A stretch of 64,000 nucleotides of DNA from Minutocellus sp. GHC0000111 (Eukaryota), in contig OZ361257.1 in assembly GCA_977018835.1 (NCBI GenBank), positions 4,216,001 through 4,280,000 on the forward strand, written 5' to 3'. Positions 46,309 through 57,600 of this stretch are shown piece by piece; the first letter of the stretch is position 1; the number at the start of each line of letters is the position of its first letter. The notes under the pieces are model-generated. The model did no database searches. It was not told where the DNA came from and saw nothing but the letters and a program-made list of their open reading frames with translations. The position numbers and the translations under genes were made by a program.

Positions 46309-48314
46309 TCAAATGTAACTCGCCGGAGTGAAGGTGTAGTCGCCCCACGAGTTGCGTCCATAACCACCATAATATCCATAATAGCCCGTCCATCGGCTGC
46401 GGGCCTGGGCATCGTAAACTCTCTCCCGCTCACTCCGACGGATCTGATCGGAGAACCAATCCCCACCTCGCACACCGCCGTAGCCACCGTAGTAGGGGTA
46501 GCTGTACCCGTACCGGCCCCAGTTGGAATAGCCAAAGTAAGGATCCCAGTAGCCGTTGGCGGGGGCGTAGGCTGGATTGTTCTAGCGCGAGTCGCTGTAC
46601 GAGGTGCCGTACCGGTCGTAGCCGCGACGGAAGGGCATCTGCTCGGCCTCGGCGTAAGGGGCATCGGCAGTGCCGACGTTGCCATTGGCGTCAGCGTAGG
46701 TATTGGCATTGCCCTGCTGAGATGTGGCAAGGGCCGAGTTGGCGGCATCTCTCTCGGCCGACTCGAGGTAGGAGAACTTCTTCTCTGGCGTCTTGGGGGC
46801 GGTGGTTGCTTGAGCCGTTGCTTGTTGGGCTTGAGGTGCTTGAGGGGCTTGTTGTTGAGGCTGCTGAGGCGCGTTGTTCTGAGCCCCCATACTATTGAGG
46901 TAGGAATTCGTCGCTCCTGCTCCATTGGCGGCAGGGGCGGCCTGGGCTTGTTGCTGTTGAGCCTGCTGTTGGCCCTGCATCTGCATCTGTTGGTGTTGCT
47001 GCTGCTCCGGTCCAGGGGGGAGCATGTTCTCCCCCCTCATCCTGCGTTCCTGCCAATCCCTCCGTCGGGCGTACTCCTGCCTACCACGTTCCTTGTCCAT
47101 CTCGCGCTGTCCCTCGGCGAACTCGACGGTATCGGCGTAGTAGTCGGGACCGTTCCGCTGCGATCCCCACAGGTAGGCGTTGCGTCGACCATCGCCGTAG
47201 TAGTTGCCCCACCCGTAGTCGTAGACGAAGGGATCGTAGTACCCCCACGGACTGCCGCCGTAGCCGTAGCCGTAGGGTCCATAGGCGTAGCCGGGGTTGG
47301 AATAACCGTACCCATTGTAGTAAGGACCGCTGTAAGGGTAGTAACTCCCGGCGTAGCTCTGCCACGAATTCTCGTAGGGGGTGCCATATCTGGACGACCC
47401 GTAGGCACCGGCCCACGGACCGTACCCGTAGGCCGAATCCCACACACCGTACCGTCTGCCGTAATACCCGGCGCTGCCTCGAGTGAAGGCCTCGGTGGCC
47501 TCCATCCGATTGCCCTCGGTCTTGGCGATGCGGCGGGCCTGAGAGGGGGTGGGCAGATATCGCGCGTCGATTGAGGGGTTGACCATCCGGTCAATGTCAA
47601 TGTTGGTACCCGACGTGGGAGGGCGGAGGGGCCTGATGTTTTGGTTCTGCTTGTAGGGCGTCCCGAGGGTGGCGGAGGAGCAGTGGCTGAGTTGGCGAGG
47701 ATGGTGGGACGGCGGGGGACCATCTGGCCGGCTGCCTGGCTGGGCTGCTCGATCTGGAGCAGGCCTGGGGTCTGCGTTTGGACTTGTTGAGGTTGAGCCT
47801 GCTGCTGTTCGAGAAGGCCTTGACCCTGCTGACCAGCCTGCATCTGAGTCCGAGCCCGAGGCTGCACCTGCCCGCCGACACCAACCTGACCAGGACCTGA
47901 GCCGCCCATCATCTCCCGAATCGTCTTGAGCTCATCCAGCGCGGCATTGAGCGCGTCGGTGGTCGTCTTGAGCTCCGTCTGCGACACGGTCGCTGTTGTC
48001 CCTCCTCCCATTCCTCCCAGACTACCGGTACCGCCGCGCTGCGCCGCGCCGGCCCGCATGGCGTCGTAGCTGGCGGCCGAGTAGGCGCGCTTCAGCTGCT
48101 CGTCATAGGACGCCATGGTGGACGCAGTAGTAGAAGAGGGTGGGTTCATATGGAGAGACAGGGACAGAGCCCGTCCAGGAGGGGATGATTGGGTCGGTGT
48201 CACCTCATGGGACGGAAAGACATGGGAATTTTGGTGGGCGGGAGGTTGAAAAGCGGCACATGACGGGCTCCATAAAGCCGCCGAGGCGGCAGCGGCCGCC
48301 GAAAGGCGCTTCAT
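46309..48314 (-). pseudogene. Probably plastid-targeted Tyr/Gly/Gln-rich low-complexity protein; frameshift ~47680 and TAG at 46582-46584
   Basis: MKRLSAAAAASAALWSPSCAAF|QPP bipartite-like start. YG/YGPY/YYG repeats continue in frame past the TAG to TGA 46309. Confidence 0.65.
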
Positions 48315-48798
48315 GATGCCGATCAAAGGATAAGGTGTCTGTATTTGGCAAGGCAAAGACAGCCCTGGTCTCCCTTTCTCTTCTTTGACCTTTCACCTCG
48401 AGCTCTCGAATGTTCTGGAGAATGTTGGACGTGGCGGCACTTTCAGTGCAAAATAAAAGCGGCACTGGCCTGGCCGGCTTGCTCGCTTGGCGCCATCGGG
48501 ACTAAGGCTTGATCCCGCTTTTCGACATCTCCCGCCGCCCCGAAAGAGCATTGCAGCCGTGTGCGTCCTGGCTTGGCGATGTACAGTATCGTTACCATCT
48601 ATATACAAGTTACAAATGAGGTGTAGCGTCGATAGCTGCCCTGCTTTACACGGAAAGATCCTCACCTTCATGTAAAAATGAAAAACAAAGGGAATGTGAT
48701 TAGATTTTGCTTGACTGATCCCGATTTTCGATGTCTACGGCACTTGACGCGGAGAACAAGCAAAAGTGCATCCAGAGCAAAACGCATGTCTAATTCCA

Positions 48799-49989
48799 TT
48801 AGAATTGCCAAGGATTCTCATAAATAGTGCCCTTTGTGACACCAAAGATTGTTGTAGAGCGACCATAAATATCCACATAACTGCTGGGAAAGACACAAGT
48901 GAGGTCGGAGTTCGCTTCCTTCACCAACTCCAGTGAAACGTCACAATCACGGGCTTCATCCAAATTCCAGGCTTCGTTCTGCCAATGTGTGTACCGATTG
49001 TCCAGCAAACAGAAAAATTGCAGCCGATGGCAGTACTTTGCAACTGCATTGAGAGACACGAAAGTGAGCGGCTCCCTAACTTCTAAATCCAACACGTCCC
49101 TTCCATACGTGTCGCCAGGATCGTATTCAGCTTGAGCGTGAGCTCGGAAGCAGTTGACAAGTTCCAACGTTTCAAGGTTATCTCCGACATGACTGAGCAG
49201 TCTTTTAACGTGGTCATCTGTCATCCAGGGAACTCCAAAGAGAGATAACGACCGAAGAGGCGTTCGCAATGAAGAAACGAAATCTGCCAACTCCTCCATC
49301 GCATGTGACCCATTTAGCCAACATTCTTCCCAGTCAAAACAATTACCAAGGCAAAGATGATCAAGTTTTGGGAGCGCGGCTGGTAGAGCTTTGAGGACGC
49401 CACAACCAATCAACTCAAACTTATAATGTGCAGTTGGACGATATATGTCGAGGCACCTGAGATTCGGGAAGGAGTTCGGCTCTTGCAGTAAGCCCAGCAA
49501 GGAGGCGAGAAGAGGAGCTATCTTCTTGTTCAATCTTTTTGCGTAGAGTTTGTGATTTTTGTCGCCGCTTCGCCTCCCCAACTTTCCAAGATCACCGGGG
49601 TTGAAATGAAGCTCCGTGATTCTAGCCCTCGCCACCTCGTCCTTCTCGAGGAGGACGCTCAGAAAGTTCACGCTCAGGTCACGCGAATGAGATCGAGCTT
49701 TGGCGACTGAACAATAACTGTGAAACTTATTCAAGTCTACTGCTACACCTCCATTTATATCACTATCTTCTCTGGATATACTGCGGAATACACGGCAAGT
49801 TCGGCCGACAAGGCCTGACCATTCGAACCGGTGATGATGTTCGGTTGGCTGAGCGAACCCGAGAATCTGACGAAGCAGGTCGGGATCTAAATCAGCGAGA
49901 GATGATGGCGCGGAGAGAGTAGAGTGATCAAGTTTGGCATCCGCAGGCGCAGGCTTTGATGTGGGCGGGGAGGCAGTCGAGGACGGCAT
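48799..49989 (-). CDS. F-box / LRR (RNI-like) protein
   Basis: SLADLDPDLLRQILGF..GRTCRVFRSI; LRR-like FPNLRCLDI, LPKLDHLCLG, LRSLSL, NLETLEL, CHRLQFFCL. Confidence 0.75.
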   Translation of the reverse strand: MPSSTASPPTSKPAPADAKLDHSTLSAPSSLADLDPDLLRQILGFAQPTEHHHRFEWSGLVGRTCRVFRSISREDSDINGGVAVDLNKFHSYCSVAKARSHSRDLSVNFLSVLLEKDEVARARITELHFNPGDLGKLGRRSGDKNHKLYAKRLNKKIAPLLASLLGLLQEPNSFPNLRCLDIYRPTAHYKFELIGCGVLKALPAALPKLDHLCLGNCFDWEECWLNGSHAMEELADFVSSLRTPLRSLSLFGVPWMTDDHVKRLLSHVGDNLETLELVNCFRAHAQAEYDPGDTYGRDVLDLEVREPLTFVSLNAVAKYCHRLQFFCLLDNRYTHWQNEAWNLDEARDCDVSLELVKEANSDLTCVFPSSYVDIYGRSTTIFGVTKGTIYENPWQF

Positions 49990-50276
49990 GATCTTGTTGT
50001 TTGTATGTTGGTATTCTATCTTCTCTCGTGGGTCGTACCTAGGTAGGCTACCTAGGTACCTAGGTACATCTTTTGGCAACGCAACTTTCGGCTCTTGAAA
50101 TGCGAATTTCACTTGTTGTCTGTCCGTCGCATCCTACATCGAAAACGACAACTGACTGCCAGACACATCTGTGGTCGTCACGGCCTACTACATACATGCA
50201 TGGCCCTTGCGCGCGCGTATTTGTGAAGCTGTACCTCGCTAGATAGAATCTGGCAAGCTCAAAAATAGTGCGAACA

Positions 50277-51118
50277 ATGTCCTACAGTGCCGGGGCTTCC
50301 TTGGAAGATGACGGAGCAAGTGGCTACTGGTCACCCCATTCTTCCTCGATAGACTTTTGTGAACCCAATTATGCCCACACTTCACACACATCGTTGAGAT
50401 TCACAATGTTTGGTCGTCAATCGTCGGGCTATCTCTAGTCGGCTGCTTTGGATTGAAGTACGGAAATCCAACAGGCGAATGGAGATTTACCATCGTCTAC
50501 CTCATACTCATAATTATCGGGATCGGTTCAGCGTGTCTGCATGGCACCTTGCACTGGATATTTCAGAGCGCGGATGAGTTGCCAATGATTTACATTGTAA
50601 TTGGGCTATTTTATGCAGTTGTGGAATGTGAAACGCCAAAGGGCCAGCAAAAGTACCCGTGGTTGCCGGCAGCGTTGGTTGGGCTGGCTGTGCTCAACAC
50701 CGCCATATACTACACCTTCCAACATTTGTATCTGGTCTTCATTGCAACATATTCGGTTATGACGATCGGCACTACGACTGGTTTGGTTCGATTGCTGTTC
50801 TATCGAGATGGGCGTCGGCCGGAAGCCAAGAAATTGTTCTGGCTAGGAGAAATGTGGTATTCGTTGATAGGGATACCGGTGTGGGCGCTTGACATGCTTC
50901 TCTGCCATCACGTACGATTTGTAGCGGATGTGCTTCCGGGATGGTTGGGAGGTATGACTCCTCATGTAATATGGCATTGCGCAGCGGGGATGGGGGCATA
51001 TTTTCTCACATTATCGTGCTGCTGTTGTAGGGCCGAAGCATTGGGAGTACATTATGAGTTGCGTTTTGTGTTGGGAATTGTTCCCATAATTTCGATTGGA
51101 GTAGCAAAGCAGGAGTAA
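50277..51118 (+). pseudogene. Alkaline ceramidase (CREST family, ACER3-like), frameshifted in a CA repeat at ~50385
   Basis: GYWSPHSSSIDFCEPNY, IVEIHNVWS, GIGSACLHGTL, SADELPMI, PHVIWH; multiple TM segments. Confidence 0.85.
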
Positions 51119-51237
51119 GAACGAAAATCTTAGTTTAGATGGTACCGGACTCAAAAAAATTCCTCGCTGATTTGTAATACATATGCACAATTCATTTCTT
51201 GCTCTGATGTCTGCACACCATCTACAGGTGATTGCTA

Positions 51238-52132
51238 CTATTCCAATATCATTGTAAATTTCCATTCATTGCCTGTGAAAGTGTGTCTGCATTTTCTACG
51301 ACGTCCATCAAATTCAATGCTTACCCCACCACCTTCCCACTCCGGTACATACATCATACAGAAGTCGTAGTCATCGCCTTGCATGACCTCAGCACCATAC
51401 ACGAGCGCCTCAGAACTACTTGGTCTCAGCTTCTCGACTCTTGCGGCGTATTGGGAGAGTAAATGGCGTCTGTAGATAGGGGAGCTTCGAATCGCACGTT
51501 GACGCGGTGTTTCGCCATATGCTTTGCGCTTCGCATCAATCGCTTTGTCGACGGCGATCCAGGCATCACTGGCAGCGTTCTTGACAAATTTGGATGACAT
51601 CTCGCAATGCACTAGGGAAACAACGTCGAGAAAACCAAGGGCCCTCACAAGTGCGTCATGAGAGTCAAGTGCCAGCCAGACAAGCATGTTGTTATACCTG
51701 CCACTCGTTGCTGGCGGCAGGATAATTTTGTTTGTAGAGTCGAGCAATGTGCTGGGCAATCTTCGTGCGGGTAGGAATGTGGCTTTGAGAGTGCCACTTG
51801 ATGCTTCCTGTAGTATCGACACTCTTCTTAGTAAGGACGGGTGCTGGCTTCTTTTCGTCGTTATTATTGGGCGTAGTGTCCGACTTTATGAGCTTTGAAG
51901 GCTGGTTGAATGCTGAAGTTGAGTGATCAAACGATGACGATCGCTTATTGTCGGTATTTTGGGGCGAATCTCTTTTCTTGGATTCGTTGGAAGCGTCATT
52001 GGTCTTGATTGATTGTTCTGTTGTGCCATCTTTCTCGAAGATGGTTTGCGACGATGGCTTCGCAGAATTGGCAGAAAAAGGTACGGAAGACGACGGCGCC
52101 GTGAGGTCAGATTTTGCGTCGGTATTGGACAT
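51238..52132 (-). pseudogene. F-box-like gene with a Ser-rich N-terminus split across two frames
   Basis: MSNTDAKS.. (ORF 51692-52321) followed by LALDSHDALVRALGFLDVVSLVHCEMSSK (ORF 51238-51822). Confidence 0.4.
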
Positions 52133-52438
52133 GGTTGAATGGGGCGAGGAATATGAAGAGATGTGTTTCTTCGGTTGATTTGCTCGGTAATTCGCTTTTG
52201 TTTCGTTTGTTCCGATGAATTGTGAAGATGCCATGCGCATCTCGTGCCGATTTCTTCTATACCAGGAATTCCAACCGTCAGATGTCAAGCGTGCGAGAAA
52301 ATTCGAAATAATCGAAGCCAAAGCGTCTGGCCGTCAGCTGTCAACGGCGTGGTCGCGAAAATTCAACACAAAAACGCCTTCGCGTCGTTCAGCAGCCGAA
52401 CGAAGACAAGAGGGAGGGGCGGAGGCAAAGAACGCACG

Positions 52439-53626
52439 ATGCCAACATTCAAGAAGAGGCAAAGGCCATGCCAACCTGCCGGCGCAAGATTATTGTTGTC
52501 TGTTCTTGCTAGTTGCGCTGGCCCGTCGCTCTCCTTTCAACTGCCGGTCTACCGATGTCGGCACAACCAACTTCTCCAAAGTAGCACATATCGTGCTTTC
52601 CCATATGATTTGCAAGCCATGAGTAGTGGAGGGCGACTGGAGGCATCAGAGGGCCCAACAATATCAGACTTTGGCCGTCCGTATCCGAATGTAGTTATTT
52701 CTTCCGACTCGTCGGATCCTGGCTGGGTCTATGGGGCTTCCCAGTATCTCAATCGATATGGCGTTTGCGCACTCCTTGCTGGGCCCGCTGACGTCAGTGG
52801 TGCTGCTGGCGGCATCATAAGTGCCGAAACATGCAATAGAGCATCAAATGCCGCCCAAGAACGACTGGCCGAGCTCCACCATCGGATTGAATCTCGGGGA
52901 GAAGATCCAAATGGTGCCGATGGTGAATATCGCTACTTGGAAGTTGTATGTCGTGATCCCGGTGGCAATCGGTTCGATATGCCGGTCGGTTGGATGGCAG
53001 ATGATGTCGAGAGTGGTGATATCAAGTGCACAAAAAGCAGCTTTGACCACCCGGGCATGCCACTAGAAAGAGAGCACGAGAATGCTTTGGAAGCATTTCA
53101 TTCCGAGCTGGATGGCATTGTAAGCCCAGTGGTACAGCGACTCTTTGATTGCTACGAGACGGACTCAGATGAGAGTGCATCATTTTCGGTAGCGTCAGCA
53201 GGATTTCTCATCAATCGCCCAGGCTCCACGGCACAAAAATGGCACAAGGATGGTCCCGACCAAGGTTTCATCGACACATTTGTCCCGCTGATTGATGTGT
53301 CTGCTGAGCTTGGACCTACAGAAGTTCAAATTGGAACGCATACTGCTGACAAAGAGGACTTGAAGCAGGCAAACGATGAAGAAGAGCCAAGAAACTACTT
53401 TCACGAAAACTGGGAGGATATGCCCTACTCCGTTGCGCCCATTTTGAAAAGGGGTGAAATTTTGCTTTTGGATTACAGAACAGTGCATCGCGGACTTGGC
53501 AATTCAAGTCCTTTAACGACGAGGCCTCTCGCGTATGCAGCTTACAAGCACGAGAAATCATCAGATGGAGATACAGCAGGCGATGTGCGAAACTTTCCTG
53601 CAGCAACGACATTGGAGTATGACTAA
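52439..53626 (+). CDS. PhyH-like Fe(II)/2-oxoglutarate dioxygenase, probably organelle-targeted
   Basis: AQKWHKDG (HxD), FVPLID...GPT, LLDYRTVHRGLGN; signal-like LLLSVLASCAGPSLSF. Confidence 0.88.
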   Translation: MPTFKKRQRPCQPAGARLLLSVLASCAGPSLSFQLPVYRCRHNQLLQSSTYRAFPYDLQAMSSGGRLEASEGPTISDFGRPYPNVVISSDSSDPGWVYGASQYLNRYGVCALLAGPADVSGAAGGIISAETCNRASNAAQERLAELHHRIESRGEDPNGADGEYRYLEVVCRDPGGNRFDMPVGWMADDVESGDIKCTKSSFDHPGMPLEREHENALEAFHSELDGIVSPVVQRLFDCYETDSDESASFSVASAGFLINRPGSTAQKWHKDGPDQGFIDTFVPLIDVSAELGPTEVQIGTHTADKEDLKQANDEEEPRNYFHENWEDMPYSVAPILKRGEILLLDYRTVHRGLGNSSPLTTRPLAYAAYKHEKSSDGDTAGDVRNFPAATTLEYD

Positions 53627-53635
53627 GAATCATAG

Positions 53636-54337
53636 CTATTTAAGTGACTTTATCATGAATCCCGAATATACCTTATCGTCAAACAAAAATCCCTCTTGTT
53701 CATACAACCTAGCAGCCGTTGGATTTTGATCGCGCTCAACCTTGAGCGTCACCGCTTCAATATTTCCTTCACCAATCTGACAATCCTCGCTCATGGCATG
53801 CTGCATCACAGCCTCGACCAAAGCTTTTCCAATACCCTGCCGACGATATTTGTGATGCGTGCGCAAATTTGCAATATGTAGCCGATTGGGCAGAGCGAAT
53901 GTCCGTCCCTTGGTGGCTCCCAGAGGTTCAGCCTCGATGACTCCTATAATTTGTGCGAGGAAATCACTCTCTTTCTTGGCTTCATCGCTTTCAAGTATGG
54001 CAGCAAACTGAATAATTGAGCCACCCATTGCTTTATAGTGTTTTGCACTTTTTGGCGTGCTAGTTTTCAACTCGTTGCGTATCATTTGAAGTTCATCCAT
54101 TTCTTGCTCGGGATAGTCTCCAGCAGGAACATCACCCAACGAAGAGTTACTTGAAGATTGCTGGTCAGCGAATCGCATCCTCCGTTCACATCGCATGCTC
54201 CACCGACGAAAGGCAATGGTGTCTAAACACTGCTCTTGAGTTGATACTCGGTGAATGCTGAACGCCAGTCCATTGGTACTGGCAATGGTGAGCAGAAGAA
54301 GTAGGGCGCCGACGTGGTGCCGACGCCCCATCAACAT
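53636..54337 (-). CDS. GNAT-family acetyltransferase with N-terminal signal
   Basis: LHIANLRT..YRRQGIGKALV (motif A), VTLKV..NPTAARLYEQEGF. Confidence 0.88.
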   Translation of the reverse strand: MLMGRRHHVGALLLLLTIASTNGLAFSIHRVSTQEQCLDTIAFRRWSMRCERRMRFADQQSSSNSSLGDVPAGDYPEQEMDELQMIRNELKTSTPKSAKHYKAMGGSIIQFAAILESDEAKKESDFLAQIIGVIEAEPLGATKGRTFALPNRLHIANLRTHHKYRRQGIGKALVEAVMQHAMSEDCQIGEGNIEAVTLKVERDQNPTAARLYEQEGFLFDDKVYSGFMIKSLK

Positions 54338-54623
54338 TGTCCCGTGGCTACTTTCAACGCATGTCAACCCACATTAGAACGTATGTATTTCTTCTCTCGA
54401 CAAAGCGGTCGACATGTATCCCATGGATGATCAGCGGTACTGCTAGAAATGACTTGTGGTTTTCAAGGGGCGAAATGATAGCAAGACGAGCAACAAGGGT
54501 GGGCGGCGTCGTTTCTCATCATTTTTGGAGGGCTCATTACCTATGGCGCCATCCGAGGGCCGGTGCCCGCCATGGCACTTGAAGGACGGAGGCAAAGTTA
54601 AAAGGTCAAAGCAAAGGAGCAGG

Positions 54624-57600
54624 ATGGACAGCAACCCTTCGAATGGTAAAGAACAAGTTGCCTCGATGGCATCTGGCGATATCGCTAGCGAGCGGCAGGG
54701 CATGGCACAAGATGTGCCGGCTACAAATGCCCGCCCCGGCTCACAAGAGGGTGTTGAAGGGAACCCGAACTCTGCCGGTACCGCAAATGCGAATGCAGCA
54801 TCAACTAATGACCGGAGGGACACCCCCATGTCTCCGCGCGGTGATTTGGACGCGGCAGTAACAAGTTTTGTCAAGCATGGGTCGTTTGATATTTCGAGAA
54901 ATGGCGAGGGCGGTACTAGTAATGCTGAAAATGACTCAGGTGACGAGAAACCAGCACATGATGGTTCGCGTAATCAAAGGGACGATAGTAGGGAGGGAAA
55001 CGATACAACGAAAGGAACTCCTGATAATTCGGCGGTGCCCAAGATGGATGGTAGCAGAGCCATTCAATCATCTGCCCCAGCCGCTGCCAAACCAAAGTGG
55101 ACCTTTCCTGGCGATGGCAATCCCCGTCAATCCGACCGACTTACCGCCAACAACAAACCAGCCTGTGCCTACGACGTCTGTCCCAAGCAATCTCAAGGCC
55201 ATCGGCTCAACTTTATGTGCATGGCGCACTTCAAATCCATCACCGGGGGCAAGATGATCACACCCGTGAGCAAGACCGCCTACGATCCCAACAAGGTTAT
55301 TCCGGCAGAAGATGTCGGCAAGGGGTGGACGGTATTGGAAGTGCCCCGCATCAAGGCCAAGAAGACGAATGGGGAGAAGACTGTTGATAAGTACTGGTTC
55401 TCACCCGTCAAGCATCATCGTTTTCGGTCGAGGGTGGAGATTGAACGTTTTCTCAAGGCATTGGAGGAGGTGGAGGATGGTGATGAAGATGCTGCCTGGG
55501 AGTTATTCCGAAGGGGTGGCAAGAAGGACAGCCGATCGGCCAAGGGCAATGGCGATGACGATGATCGATGTCATGATAGCGATTCTTCTTCCGACGAAGA
55601 CGATACCAGCCATTGGATATGCGACAATTGCGGGGCGGAGGTTCCCGGATCCTTGTCGCGATGCAAGTGCTACCGATGGCGAAATGGCATTCATCCCATG
55701 AAGAAGAAGAAGTTTAGGCGGCAGCGAGAACAGGCAAGGGCCGAACGTTCTGGCGATGATAATGAAGATCTCAATGGTGGATACTGGGATAAAGATGAGG
55801 GCAACGGCGGTGATGCAGAAAAGGTGCCCGGTGCAACAACCACGCGATCAGGGCGCAAGAGCGGTCGCCGGAAGACCCTTGCCGACGAGCAGGCCAAGGC
55901 TGCCGAGGCACCGACCAAGAAGAGACAGCGTTGCGCGAAGACTGCTGCCGCAGGCAAGGAGGGCGCCATATCTGCCACTAGCCCTGGAAAGGGCGGCGCC
56001 ACCGCAACAAAGACCAGCAGGGCGGCATCACCAACGCCTGCAAAGGCTCGGAAGCGTGTCAAGTCATCTGCCAAGGCTCGGCGAGATTTGCGAAAGCGGG
56101 ATGCGGCCGAAGAAGAGGAAGTGGCCGCCGAGGAGGGCAAGGTGAGCGATAGTTTTCATGCCACGATGCTGCGGGCGGTCAACGAGGCGCCGAATCCGTA
56201 TGCACAGGCCCTTGCCGCAGCGGCTTTTGATGCTTCCGGCGGTGATGCTTGGCTCCGGGAGCACATGGCCAAGCAAGCCGTGAGGACGAATATAAATCTA
56301 AAGGTGCTGGGGATGGCACCAATCTCACCAGCGAAGATACTTTCAGCAAAAGACGATTCCGTGAAAGACGTTTTGGAAGAGATTGTATCGGCAGTCGAGG
56401 CTAGAGATCTTGCGGTAAACCTACCGCCGGAGTCGGTCCTTGTGTCATTGAGCAAACCGATGGGAATCACCCTAGCGCAGATGGGTGGTGGCGGCGTTCA
56501 AGTCTCCGCAATCAAGGCAGGCAGCCCTGCCGATATTTCAGGCAAAGTCAAACTCGACGACGTCCTTCTAGCAGTAAATGGAAAATATGTGAGAAGGAAG
56601 GATTTCCGTGATATCCTTGATGTGATCGGCAAGACTGGACCGTCCGTGGACATGCTCTTTTCCTCTAAAGAAGAACAGAAAGAGCAGCCAAACCATGCCA
56701 TTACGCCTGAAACCTCTATTCCCATTGTCTCAGAGAAGAATAATCTTGTCGATGACACCAATGCTGCTATGAAAATTGAGAATGAAGTACCTCCGGATAC
56801 TCCCGCCGAGCCTCTGGTGGAAGACCCTCATTGGGATTGGGACGAGGCGAAGCAGATCAGCTACCGGCAAGTTCTGCGCATATCGGTCGAAGATCCTCAC
56901 GCAAAGCAGCTTGTGACCGATGCTCGCATCAGTGGCATTCCTGTCGTTCTCACAGATCATATTGGATGGGCTGGGTTTGCCGCCCGGTGGCTCCGCCGAA
57001 AAGACACCGAGGAAGCCCTTGATGCATGTGGCGACGAGGAAGAAAAGAAGTCCGATGGTGGGAGGGAGACTACCAACACAGAAACTATCGATGGCAAAGA
57101 CCTCGATCTATCTGATCCTTCTCTCTTTCTTGACGTGGAGGTAATGGCAGAAGATATCGGTGAGCAAGAGGTTCCGGTCATCAAGAAGAGCTATGATGAT
57201 ACAGATCCAATCGCCGGCAAAATCCCTCTTCGTTTGTTTTTGCGGGAATCGTGGCCTTCTCGTACATCAAAGACTGCCCACAACCAAACGCTCTACCTTC
57301 ACCAATGGCAGTTTCCTTTGAATGAAGTGGCAGGCCGAAAGCTTTGCCACCAAAGTGAGCCCCTTCCCAACTCAATTTTCGGTGAGGATCTGCACAAGTA
57401 TTGGCTGGATCGGGTGCCAAACGATTGTCCTTTGCAATATCTCTTCATGGGGAATGAAGAATGCATGAGTCGCATGCACAAGGACCCTGGCGGTCTTGCC
57501 ATTACAATTGCGCCAATTGTTGGCGAAAAGGAATGCGTGCTTGTCCATAGAGATGACGGCAACACTTGCCTGTATCACTTGGAAGCATCGGTCGATCCCG

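Noticed and set aside
46306..47574. 422-aa Val/Gly-rich plus-strand ORF
   Set aside because: Mirror of the Tyr/Gly-rich gene on the minus strand.
50030..50070. Palindromic GTACCTAGGTAC cluster between divergent genes
   Set aside because: Short, low-complexity self-complementary sequence with no supportable function.
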